Assembly (NCBI GenBank): GCA_049285915.1
Contig: JBAQAW010000058.1
Span: 1,739-65,738, forward strand
Origin: Candidatus Cybelea sp.
GTDB taxonomy: Bacteria > Vulcanimicrobiota > Vulcanimicrobiia > Vulcanimicrobiales > Vulcanimicrobiaceae
Direction: 5' to 3'
Length of the DNA: 64,000 nucleotides
The stretch's first letter is position 1. Every line of letters starts with the position of its first letter. A program made the position numbers and the translations under genes. A model generated the notes under the pieces. The model worked only from the letters and a program-made list of their open reading frames with translations. It did no database searches and had not been told where the DNA came from. Of the stretch, positions 18,274 to 27,261 are shown piece after piece.

Positions 18274-19154
18274 GTGAAACGCGATGCATTCATTCGCACC
18301 GCCGGGGCGGTCGTGGGCGCGGCGGCGCTCACGGGTACGGCTGCGCCGGCGGAGAGCGACTTCAACTTATCGACGTCGACCGGAACGATTTACGGTACGC
18401 TCGCCTTGCCCGGGAAGCGCCCGGCGCCGATCGTCTTGATCATCGCCGGCTCCGGCCCGACCGATCGCAATGGCAACTCCCGGATGGGGATCGCGCCGGA
18501 GAGCTATCGTCTGCTGGCGGAGGATCTCGCGACCTGCGCTTCGATACCTTCGTCTCCGACGCCATCGCGTGGCTGAAGCTGCTTGGGAGCGAGGCGCGTT
18601 TCTCGCGCGTCGCGGTCGCCGGTCACAGTGAGGGATCGCTGATCGGGATGATCGCGGTGACGCAGGCGCCGGCGGCTGCGTTCGTAAGCCTCGAAGGTGC
18701 CGGGCGTCCGGCGCCCGCGGTTCTGCGCGAACAACTCAAGGGCAAGCTCTCGCCACAAGATTACGCGACCGCGGACGGCATCATCACGCAACTGCAGCAA
18801 GGGCGAACGGTTGCGGATACGCCCCCCGACTTCGCCGCGTTGTTTCGCCCATCGGTGCAACCGTATTTGATCTCGTGGTTCAAATACGATCCGGCGGTCG
18901 AGATCGGTAAGGTTCGTATTCCGGCGACAATCGTCCAGGGCACGGCCGACGTACAGGTCCGAATGGTCGACGCGGAGGCGCTCAAGGGAGGCGATCCCTC
19001 GGCGATGCTGGTCGTCATCAAAGGCATGAATCACGTTCTGAAATACGCGCCGGACACGTCGTCGCAGGCGGCGATCGTCGCCGGTTATCAGAATAGCTCG
19101 CTGCCCGTCGATCCGCGGGCGGTCGAGGCGGTCTATTCAGCGGCGGTCAAGTAA
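18274..19154 (+). pseudogene. Alpha/beta hydrolase with Tat-like signal, frameshifted
   Basis: The N part is in one frame (VKRDAFIRTAGAVVGAAAL..., PIVLIIAGSGPTDRNGNS, YRLLAEDLA). The remainder is in another frame (DLRFDTFVSDAIAWL, nucleophile elbow GHSEGS, ...MNHVLK). The frame switch is near 18525..18535. Confidence 0.55.
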
Positions 19155-19240
19155 GCGAGAGGGGTTGCGGCCCTGCGGCGTTCAAGTGGTTACGCCCGGT
19201 TCAGAGAGCAGTTGCGAAATCTATAAGAAAGAGGATAGTA

Positions 19241-19516
19241 ATGCCTAGATATATGGTCGAGCGAAGTTTCCCCGATGGTCTTCACGTTCCGACGAACCCC
19301 GACGGGGCGGATGCCTGCCTGGCGGTCGTCGGCCGGAACGCCGAGAGCGGCGTGACCTGGGTGCATTCGTACGTGTCGACCGATAAGAAGAAGACGTTCT
19401 GCATCTACGACGGCCCCAACGAAGCGGCGATTCGCGAGTCCGCGACGAAAAACGGGATCCCGGTCGATAGCGTGACGCAGGTCTCCGTTCTCGATCCATA
19501 CTTCTATCAAGATTAA
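19241..19516 (+). CDS. DUF4242-type small protein (SCO4226-like)
   Basis: MPRYMVERSFPDGL, GVTWVHSYVS, FCIYDGPNEAAIRE, VLDPYFY. Confidence 0.75.
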   Translation: MPRYMVERSFPDGLHVPTNPDGADACLAVVGRNAESGVTWVHSYVSTDKKKTFCIYDGPNEAAIRESATKNGIPVDSVTQVSVLDPYFYQD

Positions 19517-19526
19517 ATCTTTTTAA

Positions 19527-19562
19527 CCGGCGGCGCCCGCAGCGACTGCGGGCTGCCGCCGG
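19527..19562. promoter_or_regulatory. Very stable hairpin between the DUF4242 gene and the PE-B gene
   Basis: 16-bp GC-rich stem with one bulged T and a CGA triloop. The 3' arm ends in the first two G of the SD GGAGGAG of the 19572 gene. No U-tract. Confidence 0.4.
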
Positions 19563-19571
19563 AGGAGCATT

Positions 19572-20921
19572 ATGAGGATACTATCTTCTTTAAGCATCGC
19601 GATGCTGATATCGGCAGTCGCGGGCTGTTCGTCGGGAACGCAATCATCCTTACCCTTCATGCAGAGCTCTGCGGCGATGCGGGCACTTGGCGGAACCGGC
19701 GCCGGCAAGATCACTCACATCGTCTATATCGTGCAAGAGAACCGCAGCTTCGACAATTTATTCCAGGGCTATCCCGGTGCGGATACGGTTTCGAGCGGCA
19801 AGAACTCCCATGGCGAAACGATCAAGCTGCAGCCGATACCGCTTTCGCGCCAATATGAAATCGATCACTCGGCCGAGGCGATGTTTTCGGCGTGCGACGC
19901 GCCGGCGGGCGATCTGCCCGGTACGCACTGCCGCATGGACGGCTTCGATCAGGAGTACTCCGGCGGCGGCCCTACGAATCCCGAGTACGTCTACGTGCCG
20001 CACCACGACAGCAAGCCGTACTTCGACATGGCGCACGAAGGGGTGCTGGCCGACCGGATGTTCCAATCGCAGCTCGACGAGAGTTTCGTTGCGCATCAGT
20101 ACGTGATCGCCGCGCAGGCGGCGTGGAGCGTCAACTTGCCGTACGGCGCGTGGGGTTGCGAGGGCGGCAGCTACGACGAAGTGGCGATCATCAACCAAGA
20201 CCGGACGGTCGACGAGAACGGGCAGCCGCCGTGTTACGACTATACGACCCTCGGTGACGAGCTCGATACCGCCGGGCTGACGTGGCGGTTCTACGCGGTC
20301 AAGTACGGCAGCGGCACGGACGGCGCCGAATGGTCGAGCTATCAAGCGATCAAACACATCTACAACGGACCCGATTGGAAGAAAGACGTCATCTCGCCAA
20401 ACTGGCAGTTCCTCAAAGACGTCAAGGCCGGGACGCTGGCGAACTTCACGTGGGTTACGCCGGTCTGCATGGATTCCGATCACGTGAACTGTCCGGGCGG
20501 CTACGGACCCTCGTGGGTGGCGGCGCTCGTCAATACGGTTGGCGAGAGTAAGTTCTGGAACTCGACCGCGATCTTTATCCAATGGGACGATTGGGGCGGC
20601 CTCTACGATCACGTTGCGCCTAAGCATCTCGATCGCGACAGCCTCGGCTTCCGCGTACCGCTACTCATCCTCTCGCCGTATGCGATCGAGAACAAGGTTT
20701 CGCACGTTCCATACGAAACCGCAAGCGTGCTGCGCTTCGCAGAGGATCTCTGGGGCTTACCGCAGATGGCGCCCGCCGATCGGCGCGCGAACTCGCCGGC
20801 CAACGATGCGTTCGACTTCACACAGAGCCCGCAGAAGTTCCGGCACATCAAGGCGCCCCTACCGCCGAAATTCTTCGAGAAGTACTTTCCTTCGGACTAC
20901 TGGGCTCCGGATTACGAGTAA
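19572..20921 (+). CDS. PE-B: PLC/AcpA-family phosphoesterase lipoprotein
   Basis: Lipobox AVAGC. GAGKITHIVYIVQENRSFDNLF, DESFVAHQYVIAAQA, DSDHVNCPGGYGPSWV, IQWDDWGGLYDHVAP, GFRVPLLILSPYA. Confidence 0.9.
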   Translation: MRILSSLSIAMLISAVAGCSSGTQSSLPFMQSSAAMRALGGTGAGKITHIVYIVQENRSFDNLFQGYPGADTVSSGKNSHGETIKLQPIPLSRQYEIDHSAEAMFSACDAPAGDLPGTHCRMDGFDQEYSGGGPTNPEYVYVPHHDSKPYFDMAHEGVLADRMFQSQLDESFVAHQYVIAAQAAWSVNLPYGAWGCEGGSYDEVAIINQDRTVDENGQPPCYDYTTLGDELDTAGLTWRFYAVKYGSGTDGAEWSSYQAIKHIYNGPDWKKDVISPNWQFLKDVKAGTLANFTWVTPVCMDSDHVNCPGGYGPSWVAALVNTVGESKFWNSTAIFIQWDDWGGLYDHVAPKHLDRDSLGFRVPLLILSPYAIENKVSHVPYETASVLRFAEDLWGLPQMAPADRRANSPANDAFDFTQSPQKFRHIKAPLPPKFFEKYFPSDYWAPDYE

Positions 20922-20925
20922 TCGG

Positions 20926-21762
20926 TTATTGGCTGTTGGGTTCAACCAGCGCGCCGTCGGTCGTTTCGGGACGAAGCAGCGGACGGTCGTAGATCGAGCC
21001 GCTCGGTTCGCGGATATCTTCAAAGGCGATCGTCGCGTCGCGAACGACCCGGCGGTGCCCGAGGTAAAGGTCGGCTGCGGCGCTCTCTTTGGAGATTACC
21101 GGAGCCCCGTCGACGAGCGCGAAATCGACGTTCCAGGGGACGTCGGTGAGCGGGCTGATCGTGAAGTTGCCGGCAGTGACGGCGCGCCGCGGCAGGTAAT
21201 CGTTCGCGCCGATCCAGAGTTCGCGCAACCGGTTCTCTTTGGGTTTACGTAACGGCGTGAGGCGTAGGTGGTACGTCTGTGTGCCGTCGAGCTGGGGCTG
21301 GTCGATCAGCTCGACGCGGTAGATCGGGGCGCCGCTCGAGACGACGGCAATCGTGCGAAGCGTCGTCTCTCCGTCTTGTTGCTGGGGCTCCTTTTGCGGA
21401 AGCGCGTAGCGGAGACCGAACATGTACGTCGGCTCCAAGAGTGGTTCGCCGATGAGGTCCTGGTACGGTGCGGGATGGCCGATCGGTTGGTGGATTATCC
21501 AGCATAAGCCGATGCAAATGGCGGCGTTGATGCTTACGTTGATGCCGTGCGGAACCGGCGGCGGCTTCGCGAGTTCCTCATCGCTGATCGGGAAGACGCG
21601 AACCAATCCATCGCTGGTATCGGAGCTCGCGCGATAGTGATCGGAGGTTGGGGTTTGGCCATCGAGACCGGTAACGGCGATCGTGTAGTCGAGGCGCGAA
21701 GGGTACTGCGCGCTGGTAACGGCAGCACGAGCGTGAAGCCAGATCGCGTACGCGTCAAGCAC
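20926..21762 (-). CDS. Hypothetical protein
   Basis: Long ORF with protein-like composition (TYHLRLTPLRKPKENRLRELWIGANDYLP). No family recognised. Confidence 0.45.
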   Translation of the reverse strand: MLDAYAIWLHARAAVTSAQYPSRLDYTIAVTGLDGQTPTSDHYRASSDTSDGLVRVFPISDEELAKPPPVPHGINVSINAAICIGLCWIIHQPIGHPAPYQDLIGEPLLEPTYMFGLRYALPQKEPQQQDGETTLRTIAVVSSGAPIYRVELIDQPQLDGTQTYHLRLTPLRKPKENRLRELWIGANDYLPRRAVTAGNFTISPLTDVPWNVDFALVDGAPVISKESAAADLYLGHRRVVRDATIAFEDIREPSGSIYDRPLLRPETTDGALVEPNSQ

Positions 21763-21783
21763 GACGACCGAAGCTCGCCAGCG

Positions 21784-22725
21784 TCATTTGGCTGGCTTCG
21801 ACGCGGCGATGAAGACCTTCTGCACGCGGGCCGGGGCGTGTTCGCGGGCCAGGCCGCTTTCGGCCTCGTGCAGCAGTGGTTCGGCGGCTTCGCCCATCTG
21901 GGCGCGGAGTGCCTCAGCGTGCTTTATAAGGAGCCGGTACTGCGCGAGCTCGCGCGCACGAGCGCCTTCCATCGTGTCGTGGGTGAGAATGGTGAGGCCT
22001 GCAGCTTCGAAGAAGGGGCGGTAGTCGCGGACGACGGTGGGCAGCTCGAGTTCGGTCAATGCCTCCCAGGAAACGATTGCGGCGCGACCGCCGGGCCGCA
22101 GGATGCGCGCGATCTCCTTGGCGACGGCTTCCGGCTCGATAAACTGCAGCGAGTCGATGCTCATCACGGCGCCAACCGAGTCGTCGGGCAATTCGGTACG
22201 CGTTGCGTCTCGCGCGTACAAGCGTGTTCGTTGCGTGAGGTTGAGTTCGGTTGAGAGCGCGTTCGCATGGGAGACGGCGACCGGCGAAGAGTCGATGCCG
22301 ATGAGGGACGCGCCGGTCCGTTGCGCGATCCACAGCGCGGGGCCGCCGAGTCCGCATCCGAGATCGGCGAAGGTATCGCCGGCGCGCAGGTGCATCGCTT
22401 CGCCGATCCGTTCGAGCAGCGGCCGATCGACCGAGCTGAGCGGGATCACCCAATCGGGGAGGTCGGTCTTTGTTTCGGCAACGACGGCGCGGTATGCGTC
22501 GCTGTGGGGCAGAGCGGAATAGATAAGGTCGTAGAGCTCGATCACGATGCTGCTCGAATTCGCCGCAATGCCGAGCCGACCCGCAGCGCTGGATTGATCG
22601 ATAGCCAAAGTAGTAATGGCGGCAGGATGCCGCGAATGCTGAAGCGCTGTGGAAGACGAAGGGCTGATTCCAAATCGTCGCGAGATACCGTGGCGAATAG
22701 TACCGCCGGCGATCTGGGTTAGCAT
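21784..22725 (-). CDS. Class I SAM-dependent methyltransferase
   Basis: Motif I DTFADLGCGLGGPALWIA, post-I IGIDSS. The N-terminal about 80 codons and the start are uncertain (overlaps 22649 ORF). Confidence 0.7.
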   Translation of the reverse strand: MLTQIAGGTIRHGISRRFGISPSSSTALQHSRHPAAITTLAIDQSSAAGRLGIAANSSSIVIELYDLIYSALPHSDAYRAVVAETKTDLPDWVIPLSSVDRPLLERIGEAMHLRAGDTFADLGCGLGGPALWIAQRTGASLIGIDSSPVAVSHANALSTELNLTQRTRLYARDATRTELPDDSVGAVMSIDSLQFIEPEAVAKEIARILRPGGRAAIVSWEALTELELPTVVRDYRPFFEAAGLTILTHDTMEGARARELAQYRLLIKHAEALRAQMGEAAEPLLHEAESGLAREHAPARVQKVFIAASKPAK

Positions 22726-23323
22726 CGCATTTTTGGTCGCCTTTGCGGCACTCGGCGTCTCTTCGCAGTCGGTGCACGAGCCCGCGCGAAGATTCGCGCT
22801 GTTGGCGAGGTGGGAGACACCTATCCCCAGTTACGCGAGAGCCACGTCCGTGGACGCAGCATTCACCACGCTTACCTATTGGGTTCCGGCGCTGAGCGGT
22901 CTCGTGATGCTTTGGATAGCATTTTTGAGTCCACGCCGGAGCGATCGCACGCTGTGGAGCGCCGCGATGATATTCACGGCGTACGAGTTAGCTGCCGACG
23001 GGGCCCATTTCTTTGCGCGGAGGTCCCCGGATGGAATGATCCACACGTACCCGAACGTGGCCGCGGTCGTCGGTTTAATCGCTTACGGCGGTTGGCTTCT
23101 CATCCTACGGGAGAGTACGCTGCCAGTTTGGCTGAAGCGCCTGCTGAGCGGCCTCTGCCTCTTGGCGGTTCTCGTGATTCTTGCTTATCCGGCGATCAAC
23201 GCGTACACGCGGACGGTCGACCTCGCCGGTTCCGTCTTATTTGCCGGCTCCCTGTTCGCTCTTGGAATCTTCGTTGCACGGCGCGTCGGCGTCGATCTGT
23301 TGGCCCGCAATGCCTCAGGATAG
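22649..23323 (+). CDS. Integral membrane protein (several predicted TM helices)
   Basis: Hydrophobic segments WVSIAFLVAFAALGV, LSGLVMLWIAFL, VVGLIAYGGWLLIL, LCLLAVLVILAY, VLFAGSLFALGIFV. Start uncertain. Confidence 0.45.
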   Translation: MEDEGLIPNRREIPWRIVPPAIWVSIAFLVAFAALGVSSQSVHEPARRFALLARWETPIPSYARATSVDAAFTTLTYWVPALSGLVMLWIAFLSPRRSDRTLWSAAMIFTAYELAADGAHFFARRSPDGMIHTYPNVAAVVGLIAYGGWLLILRESTLPVWLKRLLSGLCLLAVLVILAYPAINAYTRTVDLAGSVLFAGSLFALGIFVARRVGVDLLARNASG

Positions 23324-24056
23324 CGCGTTAAATCGGGCGCACTGGGATCGAACGAGCGACGAATACCAGGCGGCACATGGCGAACAGCTGGCGCGACATC
23401 CGATGGCGTGGGGGGTCTGGTCGATTCCGGAGGCCGACCTGCAGATTCTCGGAGACGTCGCCGGGAAGGACGTGCTGGAGTTCGGGTGCGGTGGGGCGCA
23501 GTGGTCGATCGCGCTGACGAAGCTTGGCGCACGTTGCGTCGGACTCGACAACTCCGAGCGCCAGCTGGAGTACGCTCGAGCGAATCAGCGGAGTGCGGGC
23601 GTCGGGTTTCCGCTCGTTCACGGCTCTGCTGAAAACGTTCCGTTACCCGATCGCTCGTTCGATATCGTCTTTTGCGATCACGGTGCGATGTCGTTCGTCG
23701 ATCCGGCGCACACGCTTCCCGAGGCGGCTCGACTCTTGCGTTCCGGCGGCATCCTGGCGTTTTCGGCGGAGACGCCGCTCCACTTCATCTGCTGGGACGA
23801 CGATGCCGACGCGGTCGGTTCGACGCTGAAACAGAACTATTTCGAGGAGCGGTCGGCCTACGACGAATCCAGCGTCTGTTTTTCGCGGCCGTACGGCGAG
23901 TGGATCGCGCTGTTCCGAAAGAGCGGCTTCGAGATAGAATCGTTGGTGGAACTCCGGCCGCCGGAGGGCGCTACGACGACGTACTCCGATTACGTGAGCC
24001 TCGACTGGGCGCGTTGCTGGCCGGCGGAGCAGATCTGGCGCGTTCGCCGCGCGTAG
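23310..24056 (+). CDS. Class I SAM-dependent methyltransferase
   Basis: ATG at 23310 (MPQDSALNRAHWD). Motif I DVLEFGCGGAQWSIAL, GLDNSERQL, VFCDHGAMSF. Confidence 0.75.
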   Translation: MPQDSALNRAHWDRTSDEYQAAHGEQLARHPMAWGVWSIPEADLQILGDVAGKDVLEFGCGGAQWSIALTKLGARCVGLDNSERQLEYARANQRSAGVGFPLVHGSAENVPLPDRSFDIVFCDHGAMSFVDPAHTLPEAARLLRSGGILAFSAETPLHFICWDDDADAVGSTLKQNYFEERSAYDESSVCFSRPYGEWIALFRKSGFEIESLVELRPPEGATTTYSDYVSLDWARCWPAEQIWRVRRA

Positions 24057-24070
24057 CGAGACGCGGGCGA

Positions 24071-25588
24071 TCACTCGTTATCGGCGGGTAGATCCGACGG
24101 AGGCTGGTGCTCGAAATAGCCGGCGGAAAGGGCGCTCGGTATTGGCGTGAACGAGCGCGGCTGCTGATTGTAGTTCAAGGCGTCTTCGATGCTGTTGGCT
24201 CGCTGGTCGGTCGTGTTGAGCGTGCCAAGGTTCCAGTTCTGCTCGATGTATTTCACGATGCTGCCGAACTCGTACTGCGTGTGGCTCACGACGCCTTGCG
24301 GGGCGTAGGGTGAGATCACGATCATCGGGACGCGGAAGCCGAGGCCACCCTGGTCGTCCCGGCCGCTCCCGCTTTTCACGACCGCCGGGGGTGCGACGTG
24401 ATCGTACAAGCCGCCCCAGTCGTCCCACACCACGACGATCGCCGACGAATTCCAGTATGCACTCTTGCCGATCGCATTTACGATGCTGGCGACCCATTGC
24501 GGGCCGTGGTCGACGGTATCGCCGGGGTGATCGGAGTTCTGCTGATCGGGGATCACCCAGGAGACGGCGGGGAGCTGATTTTTCTTGACGTCGCCGAGGA
24601 TGTTCTGTGAGGGCATCGATACGTTCGTGCCCCACTCGGGGCCGTTACGTACCGGGGCGATGACGTCAAATGCATTGAGCTGAGCTCCGTCGCATTGCGT
24701 ACATTTATTTCGGGCGCACCTGGGCGTTTTGCTTTGGGGATAGCACGGCGAATAGTATTTCCAACTGATGCCCTGCGCATCGAGTAGGTCTCGGAGGGTA
24801 GTGTAGTTGCTGCCCGAGCCCGGGAAGGCACTCGTGCAGGGAAACGGCCCCGCGTCTTCCTCCCATTTCAGTGAGGTTGTAATCAGGTTTGTCTCTTCTT
24901 TGGGGTCTTGCGCGTCGCAGCCCCAGGTGGTTCCCGTCGGCGTGTCGATCAGACTCGCGCTCGAACCGTACGCGCCGCCGATGGCCGTACCCCCGCGAAT
25001 GAGGTCCTGGTGCGCGGTGAAACTCGAACTGCCTTGCGTCTGGAACATTGCGTCGGCCAAAACGTACTCCTGGGCCATATCCCAATACGGAGCGATCTCC
25101 CGGTGGTTGACGTATTGGTAGGGAAAAGTACCTGCCGGCGGACCTCCCGTTCCGCCGCCCCAGCTTCGAGGACAGTAGTCCAGCGGCTCCTGGTTAAAGC
25201 CGTCCATAGAGCCGTGATTCCACGCTTGCGAAAAGGCGTAATAGCAGTGACCGATGTCGTGGTTGGTTCCCTTCGGTGGAACCAGTTTTCGCTCGGCCAG
25301 CTTAACCGGCTTGTCGACGTATGTGCCGCCCTGCTTCACGCGTTCCTCGCCGTGCTTCACGCACGCCGTGCCTTTGAAGCAGTCGAAAAGATCATCGAAG
25401 CTGCGGTTCTCCTGGATGATGAGTATTACGTGCTGGATGGGCGAGCTTCCGGTTCCTGAGCGGTTGTGCACCGACGGCGCGAACGGGGCCATCGGAAGTG
25501 ACGGCGTGGATCCGCCGGCGCAGCCGCCGGCGGCTAGAAGGCCGCTGAGGAACGACGCGATGAGGCCGGCACGTAGTGATGGAGACAC
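24071..25588 (-). CDS. PE-A: PLC/AcpA-family phosphoesterase lipoprotein
   Basis: GTG after GGAGGG. Lipobox AAGGC. ILIIQENRSFDDLF, GSSSFTAHQDLIRGGT, NSDHPGD, VVWDDWGGLYDHV, GFRVPMIVISPYA. Confidence 0.9.
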   Translation of the reverse strand: MSPSLRAGLIASFLSGLLAAGGCAGGSTPSLPMAPFAPSVHNRSGTGSSPIQHVILIIQENRSFDDLFDCFKGTACVKHGEERVKQGGTYVDKPVKLAERKLVPPKGTNHDIGHCYYAFSQAWNHGSMDGFNQEPLDYCPRSWGGGTGGPPAGTFPYQYVNHREIAPYWDMAQEYVLADAMFQTQGSSSFTAHQDLIRGGTAIGGAYGSSASLIDTPTGTTWGCDAQDPKEETNLITTSLKWEEDAGPFPCTSAFPGSGSNYTTLRDLLDAQGISWKYYSPCYPQSKTPRCARNKCTQCDGAQLNAFDVIAPVRNGPEWGTNVSMPSQNILGDVKKNQLPAVSWVIPDQQNSDHPGDTVDHGPQWVASIVNAIGKSAYWNSSAIVVVWDDWGGLYDHVAPPAVVKSGSGRDDQGGLGFRVPMIVISPYAPQGVVSHTQYEFGSIVKYIEQNWNLGTLNTTDQRANSIEDALNYNQQPRSFTPIPSALSAGYFEHQPPSDLPADNE

Positions 25589-25680
25589 GAGGTCCCTCCG
25601 TCAAAGAAAAGCGCGATCCCGGCGTAATTGCTTGGCTGACGCTGCGATGCGTTCCCGCTAAGATAGTGTGACGCAAGTCA

Positions 25681-25760
25681 TCCTTCGGCAATCCTTCGAC
25701 AATCCTTCGACAAGCTCAGGATGACACCGACAGGCTCAGGATGACACGACTGGGGTGACG
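25681..25760 (+). repeat. Dispersed repeat, most elaborate copy
   Basis: 3 x 11-bp TCCTTCG(G/A)CAA, then 2 x CGACA(A/G)GCTCAGGATGACAC. Lies in the divergent promoter region between two PE genes. Confidence 0.8.
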
Positions 25761-25800
25761 GCCGTAGGAAGAAAGAAATGCGTTTCGAACTCGGATCTGG

Positions 25801-27219
25801 ATGCTCTTCCGCATTGCGCGTGTGCCGTTTGCCTCGATTGCGGCCTTCGTGCTGGCGTCGTGCGGCGGCGGCTCGTCGAGCCTGACGCCGGCTGCACCGG
25901 CGGAAATCGGAGAAGCGAAGGGCACGACGCCGATCAAACACGTGATCGTCGTCGTGCAAGAGAATCGCAGCTTCGATAATCTCTTTGCCACTTTCCCGGG
26001 CGCCGACGGAACGACGACGGGAAGAGTCGCGGCGGTTCCCGTTTCGATGCAGGGCCCGAAGTGCCCGATATATCAGGCGGGAACGGTTCCATTGGCGAAG
26101 GGAAATCTCGCGGTCGGCGACGACTTCGGACATCGGTATTCGGACTTTCAGATCGATTTCGACAACGGGAAGATGGACGGCTTCGATGTCGATCCGATTC
26201 CCGCCGGCGGCGGGCAGCTCGCGTGCCTGCATCCGTACCAGTACGTCGATCCGCAGCAGATCGGGCCATACTGGCAGATGGCGCAGCAGTATGTGCTCGC
26301 CGATCACATGTATCAGACGCAAGCCAGCGGGAGCTTTACCGCGCATCAGGATTTGATTGCCGGGGGAACGGCGATCGACTCGAGCGATAGCGTCATCGAC
26401 GACCCGACGGGTTTTCCGTGGGGCTGCGACTCGCCGCCGGGAACGACGGTGCCGCAGCTCACGACCTCCGGAAAGTATATTTTCAGCGGCCCGTTCCCGT
26501 GCTTCACGCAGTATCAAACGATGCGCGATCTCCTCGACGGCGCGCACCTCCCGTGGAAGTACTACACGCAGAAGGTCAGCGGTGACAGCGCCGGCCTCTG
26601 GAACGGGTTCGATGCGATCTCGGCGGTGCGCTACGGCAAAGAGTGGGGTCACAAGGTTACGACGAGCGACCTGCAGTTCTTTAAGGACATAAAAGCCGGC
26701 TTACTGCCGTCCGTCTCCTGGATTACGCCCAACGCCGTCAACTCCGACCACCCGCAAGAGCTTCAAGGGGGCAAAGACGTCGATTTCGGGCCGTCGTGGG
26801 TCGCCTCGATCGTCAATGCGGTCGGCCGGAGCCGTTTCTGGAAGAGCAGCGCGATCATCGTTCTCTGGGATGACTGGGGCGGCTTTTACGATCACGAGCC
26901 GCCGGTCTTTTTCGACGATCAGGGCGGCCTCGGTTTTCGCGTCCCGATGATGATCATCTCGCCGTACGCGCGCGAGACGTCCTCCAGGGAGCCCGGGTAC
27001 ATCTCCCACACGCAATACGAGACGGCCAGCATCCTGAAGTTCGTCGAGCAGAACTGGAATTTAACCCCGATGCAGCTGCCGGATCAGCGCGCGACGAGCA
27101 TCGGAGACTCTTTCGACTTTACGCAGAAGCCGCGGAAGTTCAGCGCGATACCGTCGGAAACGTCGCTGGACTTCTTCCTGCATCAGGCACAGTCGGGTAA
27201 AGCGCCGGACACGGAGTAG
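25801..27219 (+). CDS. PE-A: PLC/AcpA-family phosphoesterase lipoprotein
   Basis: Lipobox VLASC. VVVVQENRSFDNLF, ASGSFTAHQDLIAGGT, NSDHPQE, VLWDDWGGFYDHE, GFRVPMMIISPYA. Confidence 0.9.
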   Translation: MLFRIARVPFASIAAFVLASCGGGSSSLTPAAPAEIGEAKGTTPIKHVIVVVQENRSFDNLFATFPGADGTTTGRVAAVPVSMQGPKCPIYQAGTVPLAKGNLAVGDDFGHRYSDFQIDFDNGKMDGFDVDPIPAGGGQLACLHPYQYVDPQQIGPYWQMAQQYVLADHMYQTQASGSFTAHQDLIAGGTAIDSSDSVIDDPTGFPWGCDSPPGTTVPQLTTSGKYIFSGPFPCFTQYQTMRDLLDGAHLPWKYYTQKVSGDSAGLWNGFDAISAVRYGKEWGHKVTTSDLQFFKDIKAGLLPSVSWITPNAVNSDHPQELQGGKDVDFGPSWVASIVNAVGRSRFWKSSAIIVLWDDWGGFYDHEPPVFFDDQGGLGFRVPMMIISPYARETSSREPGYISHTQYETASILKFVEQNWNLTPMQLPDQRATSIGDSFDFTQKPRKFSAIPSETSLDFFLHQAQSGKAPDTE

Positions 27220-27261
27220 GCAAACGTGGCCCCGCAAAAACGCCGAACGCGAAGCTCAGGA

